Shown here piece after piece: positions 53,000 to 64,000 of a DNA stretch of 64,000 bases. The translations under genes and the position numbers were made by a program. The notes below the pieces were generated by a model. The model did no database searches and was not told where the DNA came from. It was given only the letters and a program-made list of their open reading frames with translations. Position 1 is the stretch's first letter. Each line of letters starts with the position of its first letter. Origin of the DNA: Octopus sinensis (lineage: Eukaryota); contig NC_043005.1 in the NCBI RefSeq assembly GCF_006345805.1, positions 103,850,001 through 103,914,000 of the forward strand. The letters are read 5' to 3'.

Positions 53000-53790
53000 T
53001 GCTCAGTCGAAGTCGACTCTCGTTCACTCGTTGGATCAGTGTGCCTATGTTTTATATTTTACAAAAATGTTTATAATTTATGTTTATATTTTTCAAAAAA
53101 TCATTGGCGTTTTTCGTATCGGTGGATTTTTTGTGATTCAGTAAGGATTTTTAATTTTCGTAGTAGTTTGATTTCAGGTACATTTTTTCTTTTGTTATGT
53201 TGCCTTTGTTCAGTATTTGTCTCTTTTCCCTTTTTAAGTTGTGTTATACCCTTATTGCTTTCAGACATTTAATTTTTTCCTTTCCTGTCTTTGGTTTCTA
53301 CGTTGCTTACTTGGCTTTTGGGACATCGATTGGAATGGATCCGAGGAAGTTACTAGTTTCCTTTCTAACCACAGTATTTGCTGCGTATTTAACTTCATTT
53401 AATTTAGTAATGTTGATGCTTGAACGTGTTTTAATTAAGCCTGTGATGACCAAAGATTATGTTTTCCAATGTCGATACTATTTTATCGTTGACATTCACC
53501 CTTTCAATTTTTCAGAAATTCCCTTTTATTTATTTTTTTGTTTGTGAATTTCAAGTTTGGTGTTTATTGGTCGACGGTTTATGTTATCAAGTTTTGCTGT
53601 TTATTTCGTTTATGCTACACCTTAGTCCTATCTACGGTGATTATATTCTCAAAGCTTTTATTGTTGTTGAGTGTTTTGTAATCTTTACTTGTCTTATAAT
53701 GTTTTCCTTCTTTCAATCCTTCAATTTCATTTTCTAATATGTTTTCGTTGTGAGGAAGCACACTTTGTTGGGTTTCGAGGTCTGGGTTAT
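53000..53790 (-). mobile_element. Probable N-terminal region of an R4/Dong-clade ORF (degenerate)
   Basis: Minus strand INITKLNEVKYAANTVV resembles the recalled NITELNxLxYAAAxVV motif upstream of the RT in R4-clade proteins; an AAT-rich tract lies at its 5' side. Confidence 0.45.
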
Positions 53791-53898
53791 TTTCTTTCAA
53801 AATTTTATATGAATATTATTATTATAGTTATCACCATCGTTATTATCATTATTATAATTATTATTATTATTATTATTATTGTTATTATTATTATTATT

Positions 53899-53938
<40 letters not shown>

Positions 53939-53965
53939 CATCATCATCATCATCATCATCATCAA

Positions 53966-54380
53966 GGTAACAAGCTGGCGGAAACGTTAGCACGCCGGAC
54001 AAAGTGCTTAACGGTATTTCGTCTGCCGTTACGTTCTGAGTTCAAATTCCGCCGTGGTCAATTTTGCCTTTCATCCTTTCGGGGTCGATAAATTAAGTAC
54101 CAGTTACGCACTAGGGTCGATATAATCGACTTAATCCATGTGTCTGTCCTTGTTTGTCCTCTCTGTGTTTAGCCCCTTGTGGGTAGTAAAGAAATAGGTA
54201 TTTCGTCTGCCGCTACGTTCTGAGTTCAAATTCCGCCGAGGTCGACTTTGCTTTTCATCCTTTCGAGGTCGATAAATTAAGTACCAGTTACGCACTGGGG
54301 TCGATGTAATCGACTCAATCCCTTTCTCTGTCCTTGTTTGTGCCCTCTATGTTTAGCCCCTTGTGGGCAATAAAGAAATA
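53966..54380 (+). mobile_element. SINE-A dimer (head plus two 184-bp modules)
   Basis: Modules at 54013-54196 and 54197-54380 joined by AAGAAATA|GGTATTTCGTCTG, the same junction as 42107/42108. Confidence 0.9.
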
Positions 54381-54959
54381 AGAAGCCTGTTACACACACA
54401 TAACACACACGCGCACACACCCATACGTGTGTGTGTGTGGGGGGGCGTGTCAGTCCCCACTTCCGCTTGACAACTGTTGCAGGTGCGTTTACGAGTAAAA
54501 GGTAAAAAAATAAAATGACAATACTCAGCGATATATTCGCTCTCCAGGTAAACACATCAAGTAATGATTGTCACTGTATTTTGAAATTCGATAAATATTT
54601 TGTGATGTATTTTTGTTCAGATTTTAGCTGTTACCCGATTTCTGTTGTTTTTCTATTTTCTTCACAGTTATCTCTCTTAGTAGCCTTTGCCTTGTTGACT
54701 TCCTTAGAGACAGAAAATAATAATAATTTTTCTTATTCATGTTTTTCAGCTTTTTATATTAGGTTTTCATGATTCCGTACTATATGTTTTTGAAGATCCG
54801 CAAAGGATATTTCGTAAAAGATTTCTAGTTTTATAAGACACCTGCCAACTATTCATTTTGTTTAGTATATCGGCCAAAAGCGGCAACTCCCTACATAAAA
54901 AGGAGTGGAGAAAGGTAGCACCCCTTGAATGTTCCTCTTCTAATGAGGATGGTTTAGTT

Positions 54960-55330
54960 TTTACAATTTCCCTTTTTTCTTTGTAAATGCAAAACTCTTT
55001 GTCATTTTATTCAAGATATATTTAATATATTTTATTATTGGGAATATCTTGTTCAAGACAAGTGTTTCCAGGATCCATGTGTGAGGTGCATAATCAAACG
55101 CTTTCCGGTGCCATGCCATTCTCAGACCCTTCTTTTTCTTTCGCCACTTTTCAGTTATAGCTTTGATGATCAGCAATTCATCTTTACAGCCAATTGAACA
55201 TTTGCAGCATCCCTTCTGCTCTTTCGGAAATAGGTTGTTTTCTTTAAGATGTGTCCACTCTTTGCGATATTACTGCATTTAAGCCTTTGTAGGTTGTATA
55301 AAGATATTTTGTGTTTCCACCAACCTTTTC
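54960..55330 (-). mobile_element. R4/Dong-clade reverse transcriptase fragment
   Basis: Minus strand: TTYKGLNAVISQRV...LKENNLFPKEQKGCCKCSIGCKDELLIIKAI...MAW..RKAFDYAPHTWILETL, corresponding to N-terminal RT motifs of RLE-type elements. Confidence 0.85.
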
Positions 55331-55459
55331 CATCATCGTTCTCTGTCGTTGCCGAGCGCCTTTCCAAGATTGTTTTACTTGTCTTTCTGGTGGCGCTGCA
55401 TTGAAATCTTATTAAGGCTCTTAGTAGAGTGGAGCTGAAATCTTTTACCTTTTATTTTT

Positions 55460-56000
55460 TACTTTCTTTCAGTCATAAGACAGCGGCCATGCTGGAGCAT
55501 CCCCTTCAAGAATTTTTAGTTGAATGAATTGACCCCATTACCTTTTTTTAAAAGTCTTGTACTTATTCATATTTCTCTATTGCCCACAAGGGGTTAAACA
55601 TAGAGGGGACAAACAAGGACAGACAAAGGGATTAAGTCGATTACATCGACCCCAGTACACAACTGGTACTTAATTTATCGACCCCGAAAGGATGAAAGGC
55701 AAAGTCGACCTCGGCGAAATTTGAGCTCAGAACGTAACAGCAGACAAAATACCGCTAACGTTTCTGCCAGCTCGTATTTATTGTATCAGTGTCTTTTGCC
55801 GAACCACTAAGTTACGGCAATGTAAATACACTAAGCAGTACCGGAGGACATACACAGTCACAAAGGCACACACGCCCGCGTGCGACGGGCTTCTTGCAGT
55901 TTCCGTCTATCAAATCCACATGGCTTTGGTCAGCACGAGGCCATTATAGAAGACAAGGTTCCACACAGTGGGACTGAACCCAGAACTTGGTTGGCAAGCA
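55460..56000 (-). mobile_element. SINE family D with a SINE-A monomer (about 55569-55774) nested inside
   Basis: SINE-D tail and head halves are separated by TATTTCTCTATTGCCCACAAGGGG...TTCTGCCAGCTCG. Confidence 0.8.
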
Positions 56001-56204
56001 TTCCTTTTATTTTTATCTGCAGTGTAAATACATCATTAAATCTTTTTACTCGTTAAGTAAATACGAGAGCACTTTATTAACAATCAAGAATAAAATATAG
56101 AAAGAAGTTTTATACATATTTATATAACATGGCAGTGGAAGCTTCGACTCAATCTAATAAGAAAGTTCCGATCGAATATGATATTACTGTGGATCCGGAC
56201 TAAA

Positions 56205-56412
56205 CTTAATAATAGTTTTAAATTTTTGTACAAGGCCAGTAATTTTAAGGGAGGTGTCAGTCGATTTATATCGATCCCAGTGGTACGTATCCCGAAAAGG
56301 ATGAAAGGTAAAGTTGACCACGGTGGAATTTGAATTCAGAACGCAAAGACGGACGAAATACCGCTAAGCATTTTGCCCAGTGTGCTAACGATTCTGCCAG
56401 CCCGCCGCCTTA
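56205..56412 (-). mobile_element. SINE family A with alternative tail
   Basis: GGATGAAAGGTAAAGTTGACCACGGTGGAATTTGAATTCAG...AACGATTCTGCCAGCCCGCCGCC. Confidence 0.8.
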
Positions 56413-57442
56413 AGGTAATAACAATTGTGTGGATTTGCCCTGAAAATAATTCGACTGTGATGACCTAGACTAAACGGTTTTTCAGTATTTAACTTCACCT
56501 CTCCCCATTACATGTCCAATCCCAGCCGGGTTTGTCATTTCCGGGTGGGTAACTGAAGCAACATTTCTGTAAATGGACCGATTCGATCGTATTGAGTTCT
56601 CTATTACAAATAGGTATCAATTTGTGGGACTATGTAATTAATATATAGAAATTAATTAGTTTACAAACAAATTATTTTATAATTAATTCATAGACTATAT
56701 GACCGATAAATCCGGATTAGAATGCTCTAATCTGGAAAGTATAAAAAAGATTAAACTTGTATAGTATTTCATTTGTAAATCTAGAAATTAGAAAATGATG
56801 AAAAACATATTTAAAACAAACTTGTAAAAAGAAAAAAGAGAACTATATATATACAGCAAAAAATAATAAAAGAAAGACTTGAAAATTAAATATACTTGCA
56901 TACAACGTTAACATCATCATCATCATCATCATCAATCATCATCATCATTAATATCATCATCATCATCTTCGTCATCATCATCATCATTCTCATTACTACT
57001 ATCATGCCTATCACACCCCTACCACCACCACCACTGGTGCTGCACCACCGCCACAACCAAAGAAGCACCCCTCCCTCTCCCTCTCTCTCTCCTCCTCCTC
57101 ATCCTCCTCCTCCTCCTCATCATCATCATCATCAGTCCCTCTCTTCCTTTCCTTTCTTCTCCACCTTTACACATATTATTTCCCCTTCTCGACTCATCCT
57201 GAACCTCACTTGCTTTCAAGTTATTCTCCAACTCCGTCGGATATGTATCCTATTCCCACAGCTCTCATTTCTTCTTACTTCCTCCTCACCGTCTTCCTCC
57301 CCTTCCTCCCCCCTCCTCCTCCTCCTCATCATCATCGTCATCATCATCGTCGTCATCATTATCATCCTCATCCTCATCCTCATCATCATCATCATCATCA
57401 TCAACGTCAGTGTCATCATCATCATCGCCATCGTCGTCGTCG

Positions 57443-57485
<43 letters not shown>

Positions 57486-57689
57486 TTTTCTCCTCCTCGA
57501 AATCATAATCCTCATCATAGTTAAGCAACAATAACAAACAGCAATAATAGCTGCAGCATCAACAACAACAACAACAGTAACAACCACCAAAACATTCGAA
57601 TCAACAAACCCATAAAACAACAACAACAACATTAATAACAACGATAATAACAACAACAGCAGTGAGAAAGACTTATTGTAAAGAGAAAG

Positions 57690-58289
57690 CAAAAGGGAGA
57701 GATGTTAATGGGAGGATAAAAGGAAGGAAGGAAGGAAGGAAGGAAGGAAGGAAGGAAGGAAGGAAAGGAGGAAGGAAGGAACGGGTGGTAATGAATTAAC
57801 TGGGTGTGTAAGGGGTAAAAAAGGAGATAAGAAAGTTGAGAGAATGAGTGAGAAGGAGAGAAGCGAGCCAAATTGAATGTAGAGAGATCAAAGGGAAAGA
57901 AAGAGGGAAGAGAGAAGTATATTGGATAAGAGAGGAAGATGACCAGGAAGAGAGAGGGGAGAGAGGAGAGAAAAAGACAGAGAGAGAGAGGGGGTAGAGG
58001 GAGAGAGGTTGAAATAGAGAGAGAGAGTGTGGGTGGGAGGAGGAACGTTGTAAAAGAGAGAAAGTATCAAGGAAAACGACGATGGTCAGAGGGGAAGAAT
58101 GAAGAAATTAGGGAAACAAAACAATAAGACAATCACACGCACACTGGGAAAGAGAGAAGGAGAGAGGGAGAGAGAGAGAGAGAGAAAGAGAAAGAGGAAG
58201 AGAGAGAGGGAGGGAGGGAGAAAGAGACAGAGAAAGATAGAGACAGAAGGAAAAAGAGAAGATGAAAGGGGAAGAGATTGAGAGAGATT

Positions 58290-58320
<31 letters not shown>

Positions 58321-58338
58321 AGATAGAGAAAGAAAGAT

Positions 58339-58371
<33 letters not shown>

Positions 58372-59038
58372 TAGACAGAGAGAAAGATAGTCTGAGACAG
58401 AGAAGGAAAGAGAAGAGAGAATGAAAGAGACAGAGAGAGAATGAAAGAGACAGAGAGAGAATGCAAGAGTAAAGAGAGAAAGAAAGATTGCATGTGTGTG
58501 ACAGAGAGTAAGAGAGAGATTGCGAGAGGGGAGGAGAGATTGTGTGAGAAAGAGAGAGAGAGAGAGGGAGAGAGAGATTGCGAGCGAGAGGGAAAAATTG
58601 TGTTAGAGTGGTAGAGATTTCGATAGAGAGAAAGCGAGGGAGAGAGAGATAGAGTGAGAAAAATAAAGACAGAAAGAGAAAGAAAGAAGAAAAAGGAGTG
58701 AGGCACTGAGAGATATCAAAGAAAGAACAAGAGACTGTAAAAGTATGGATGAAAAAGAGAGACCAAGAGATAAAATAGATAGAGAGAGAGAGAGGGGGGG
58801 AGGGATTGGAAAGAGTTGGGAGAGAAAGAAATAGATATGGAGGAAGAAAGGTGAAGGGAAAATGTAGTAAATTGAGAGGAAAGAAAGAGAGGATAAAATG
58901 GCAATAGAATAAAAGGAGTGGATGAGAAAGTGAGAGAGAGATAGAGAGAGGAGAGAGAGTGGAGTGAAAAAGGGGGAGGGAGAGGAGGAAAATGGCAGGG
59001 AGTGAGTAAAGGAAAGAATAATATATATATATATATAT

Positions 59039-59103
<65 letters not shown>

Positions 59104-59110
59104 GAAAGAG
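57690..59110 (+). repeat. Purine-rich (GA/GGAA/GATA) low-complexity tract; second tract at 60540-61095
   Basis: Direct reading. Confidence 0.9.
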
Positions 59111-60173
59111 AGAGAGAGAGAAAGGAAGAGAGACAGATGGATAGATATGCATATACATCAATACACTCACTCGCAAACACAAACTCACACATGTATACAT
59201 ACGCATATACGTATAAAAAGAGGGCTTGGAAAGTAATATCGTTGAATGTCGGCACAAAGACAAACAGAAAAATCAAATGTTACACATTCAAACGCCGATG
59301 CATACAAACGTAGGCAAAAAAACACACACACACACATATATAGAGGCATACGTTCTCACACACACTTACATGCATGCACAGATACACAAATGCATAGCCA
59401 TACAAACATACACTTGCATCATGCCTTTCATATAATAATCACATTTATAGTTAACTTTCACTTTCACTTTCCAGTCAATTTCCAACCAATCAACACGAAG
59501 TTGACGTATTTTACCAATATAGTATGTAATTAGCGTAACTTTCTACTGAATCTTACCTCTTACTATTCCCCCACCCTTTCCTTCCATCTAAACCACTTTC
59601 GCCATCATATAGATTGTCACCTGTTGATATAATCACTAGAATACAACGTTGCTGTTTCGACATCTACTCTAGCTTTTATGTTTGTTTTCATTTCTTCTGT
59701 TGCAGTTTTTATGCAGTTTTTGCTGTTTTCTTTTGTTGTCTTTGTGGCTTTTATTGCAATTGCATTCGTAATTTCTTATTTAGTTTTATTAAACTATTTC
59801 ATTTGACTTCTCTCTCTCTCTCTTTCTCTCTCTCTCTTTTTTAAAACTTTTATTACCATCTATATATTCTCTGCCTATTTTCATTATTGTATCCCTCTCT
59901 CACCCCTTCCATGTATCCCTCTTAAATTATGCTCCCTGCTCCATCCTTTCCCTCTATCTCTCTCTCTCTGTCCTTAAGACATCCCTGCTCTCAAAGACCA
60001 AATTGTCCCCCTCTCCCTCAAGCAGTTTTTATTAATTCTCCCTCAACAATAGCAACAACAGCAAAAATAACAAACTCAACAACAACAACATTCTTCAGAA
60101 TTGAAACAAAGTCGAGTAAAAAGATTAAGTCTCTCTTTTATTGCTCCTATGTATATATTGTGTGTGTGTATGA

Positions 60174-60250
<77 letters not shown>

Positions 60251-61456
60251 ATATATCTGTTAAAGTTTTTGTTTAAGAAATAAATTATTCGGAAATAATT
60301 GTAAGAATTAAAGAATATAACAAAATAAATGCATTCGTCTCCTCCTAGCCAATAAAAAATATATAACATAAAACACGGAAGAAGTAAAAAAAAGTCTAAA
60401 TTTTATTCATTGTCTGTGTTTTTTCAATGAGTCGTCTGAAATATCTTTAGTAACACTGATTGAGCAGAATCAGTTTCTGATATATCATCTGCTATAGCAG
60501 ACGATAACAATGGACTGATGGTATTGAATGAAAGACAGTCAGAGAGAGAGGGGGAAATAAGGATGAAACAAAAGGAAGGATGAAATGATAGAAAAAAAAG
60601 AGAAAGAGTGGATGAGGGAAAGAAGGCAGGATAAAGTGAAAAGGTAAATGCACGAAAGAGAGGTGAAAAAGAATGAACGGAATAAGGAAGGAAAGAAATT
60701 ATGAATAATGAATGAAATAATTTATGCTGGAGAAGAAGTACGAATGAACTAATGAAAGAATGAGAAGAATAATGAACGACAGAATGAGAAGAAGGTGGAT
60801 GAATGAAAGGAAGGCTGTAGAATAAAAGATAGAGGCGTGAAAGACGCAGAATAAAGCAAGAAAAAATGAAATTATGAAAGAAAGAACGAATGAAAAAATG
60901 AAGGTAGGAAAGAAAATTAATATCATAGAAAAGGTAAAAGATAAAGAATACAACAAAGAAGATAAAGCAGGAGAAAGAACGAATGTACGAAACTGAAGGA
61001 AATGTAAAGAGCGAAAGAAAGTGGAGAAAGGAAGGAAGAAAAGGAAAAGGGAAGAAATGAACGAAAGAAGTGAAAGAAAGATGAAGAAGAGACAAATGCT
61101 ATCGAGAGATTGAACAAGCATTGTATGGAAAACGCGTTAACAACAACACCTGCTCGTCTAGGAAGACGAGAAACAGAAATAGTTATTATCTGTTCCAGGT
61201 GAACAAAGGTTCAACAGCATTAACGAACAAGTTTACCGGGTTTTCTTCCATTGTGCTCTGTGTATGCATTTAGCTGTTGTTTACGATTGTCGTTGTTGTT
61301 ATTGTAGTTGATGATATTGTCGTGTTGCTGGTGGTGGGGGTGCTCAGTCCCCACCCACCACTAACAGCCCAATATGGGTTTGTTTTTGTTTTAGTAAGGT
61401 ACAAGCAATGAAATCCTATGATTTTACGATGAAAGGTGTACATAATAATAATAATG

Positions 61457-61516
<60 letters not shown>

Positions 61517-61795
61517 TCGATGATAATGATGATGAGGATCGTAGTGATGAAAATGAGGATAATGCTATTTTTTGCTATCGTTAAACATAATACATGTATT
61601 TAAAATACGCTTCGTATTTGAACGTATATATGAAAGTATATGTGCGTTTTCATACACGTATGTGAACACACACACACACAGGCATACACATAGACACACA
61701 GACACACACACTCTATATGCGACACAAACACACATATTCCTACTGACATACAAACGTTCACATATCAACAGCTGTTTCACTCTTTCGTTCATTAT

Positions 61796-61836
<41 letters not shown>

Positions 61837-62613
61837 TGTATGTATGTATGTAGGTATGTATTTATGTATGTATGTATATATATATATATGTATGCATGTA
61901 TGTATGTATGTATGTATGTATGTATGTATGTATGTATGTGCGTGTTTGTGTGATATGTGATATGTAAATATATACATAATATTACATCATGCGGTCTATC
62001 TATCTATACATTTGTATATATGTGGGTGTGTCTGCATGTGTTTGTGAGTGTGTGTGCGCGTATATGTGTGTGCATGTGTATGTGCGCGCGCGCGCGATGT
62101 TATGTGATCAATCATCAAATATTAATTAGCGACGTCCATTGAATGTAAAATCTGCGAATGAGAAAAGGAAGGAATTAAATATTGTGTAAGGCAGATGTCT
62201 AATTAACAATTCTTCATTAAGGGGCTTTTGTACGTGTATATCACATGCGTGCATTGTAAATTATAAGTGTGTATGATATGTGCATGTGTATAGAAAGTGT
62301 AGCCTATGTGTAAATTATGCGTTCTTATTGTATGCGTGTGTTTGTGTTAATATGGAGCTAAATTCATTATAGAATTATTGAAATTAGTTAATTAGTTATC
62401 TTTTTGTCTTTAGCTTGTCCAGGCATATGGTTGCACCAAGTAAAGACACGATAGCTTCTTCTTCAGTGATTTGGTATTGTTTAGGACATAGAGCTTTGAT
62501 GAAAATGCTACAAATCTCCTCCTGTTCCAGCTAGTTTCATCTTGAAATGGTAATTGGTAACTTTTTCAATGAGGAGAATATGTGAGAAGTTAACAAAAAT
62601 AAAAGAAATGAAG

Positions 62614-63084
62614 GCTGGTGGTGAGGGTAGTGATAGAAGTGGTGGTTGTGGTGGTGTTGGTAGTTGTGGTGGTGTTCGTGGTTGTGGCGGTAGTAGTGGT
62701 GGTAGTGGTTGTGGTTGTGGTAGTTGTAGTAGTGGTAAATACAAATGGTATTTAGCTGGTGGTGAGGGTAATGATAGAAGTGATGGTTGTGGTAGTGATG
62801 GTGGTGTTGGTAGTTGTGGTGGTGTTCGTGGTTGTGGCGGTAGTAGTGGTGGTTGTGGTGGTAGTGGTTGTAGTAGTGGTAGTAGTGGTAAATACAAATG
62901 GTATTTAGCTGGTGGTGAGGGTAATGATAGAAGTGGTGGTTGTGGTGGTGTTCGTGGTTTTGGCGGTAGTAGTGGTGGTGGTTGTGGTGGTAGTGGTTGT
63001 AGTAGCGGTAGTAGTGGTGGTGGTTGTGGAAGTGGTGATAGTGGTGGTAGTGGTAAATACAAATGGTATTTTGCTGGAGAGTGA
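62614..63084 (+). repeat. Three-unit compound minisatellite (141/153/165 bp) inside a 176-aa Gly/Ser/Cys ORF
   Basis: The anchor GGTAAATACAAATGGTATTT(A/T)GCTGG recurs at the end of each unit, separated by (GGT/AGT)n; units start at 62614, 62755 and 62908. Confidence 0.85.
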
Positions 63085-63260
63085 GGTACATTGATAGTGA
63101 GTGAGTTACATAGATAGGTAGAAAGATATACAGTAAATTAATTATTTGGATAGATAAATTGTGAAACAGGTAGAGAATGAGAGATTTTGCAAAAATATGT
63201 ACATAAACAGATAGATATGGGGAAGGCAAGAGATAAATATAAATATGATAAATATATGGA

Positions 63261-63336
<76 letters not shown>

Positions 63337-63337
63337 G

Positions 63338-63388
<51 letters not shown>

Positions 63389-63389
63389 G

Positions 63390-63442
<53 letters not shown>

Positions 63443-63471
63443 ATATCTGTCTATCTACCTATCTACCTATC

Positions 63472-63558
<87 letters not shown>

Positions 63559-64000
63559 TATATATATATGAGCATGTGTGTGTGTGTGTGTGAGTGAGTG
63601 TGTTTGTGTGTGTGTATGCACAGAGAGGGACAGAGAGATATCGATAGTAGAAAATGGTCTTATGACTGATAGATAGGCAGATTGAGAAAAGAAGAACAAA
63701 ATAGAAGAGAAAGAGGAGAAGGAGAAGTAATTAATAAAATTAATTGTTAATTCATGGTAATTTGTGTGTAACAAACTAAGTGGTTGGTAATTTACTATCA
63801 ATAATATTTATAAATTACTATTATGAAAACTTATTTGATTGTTGCCTGTCATCATCTTTCACATTGCTGTTGTTGCTATTGTTGTTGATAAATTCGCTGT
63901 TATGACGATGATATTGGTGATTACACTCGTTTTTGTTGTTGTTGTTGTTGTTGTTGTTGTGTTCATTGCTCTTGTTTTGTATACACACCAATGATTTAGA

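Noticed and set aside
61090-61275. Open frame containing DKCYREIEQAL (P450 J-helix-like) and hairpin CTCGTC-TAGGAA-GACGAG-AAAC
   Set aside because: P450 similarity does not continue; the hairpin lacks the CUGANGA hammerhead core.
62396-62530. Minus-strand open frame LEQEEICSIFIKALCPKQYQITEEEAIVSLLG...
   Set aside because: No start codon, weak splice signals, no recognisable family.

Overview
AT-rich eukaryotic window with very high microsatellite density. The SINE families and repeat landscape suggest an octopus/coleoid cephalopod genome (inference). I found no host protein-coding gene I can support; almost all ORFs in the track are translations of simple repeats. The recognisable content is mobile DNA: 5'-truncated R4/Dong-clade retrotransposons sitting in (TAA)n arrays, three tandem Tx1-like LINE fragments embedded in one (TATC)n array plus two older relatives, an RTE 3' end, decayed Tc1 and mariner transposons, a 557-bp fold-back element, Helitron-like non-autonomous elements, and four tRNA-derived SINE families (my labels A-D). 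The strongest leads are: (1) a Tx1-like LINE apparently targeting (GATA)n microsatellites; (2) a SINE-A family that appears to insert into its own copies at a fixed GGTATTT site, building 184-bp tandem modules (a 19-bp target-site duplication is visible); (3) an intact type I hammerhead ribozyme at 30403-30497 and two degenerate hammerheads of other families; (4) a SINE-C/SINE-B chimera under a single 14-bp target-site duplication. All alignments and translations were done by eye; no database searches were run.
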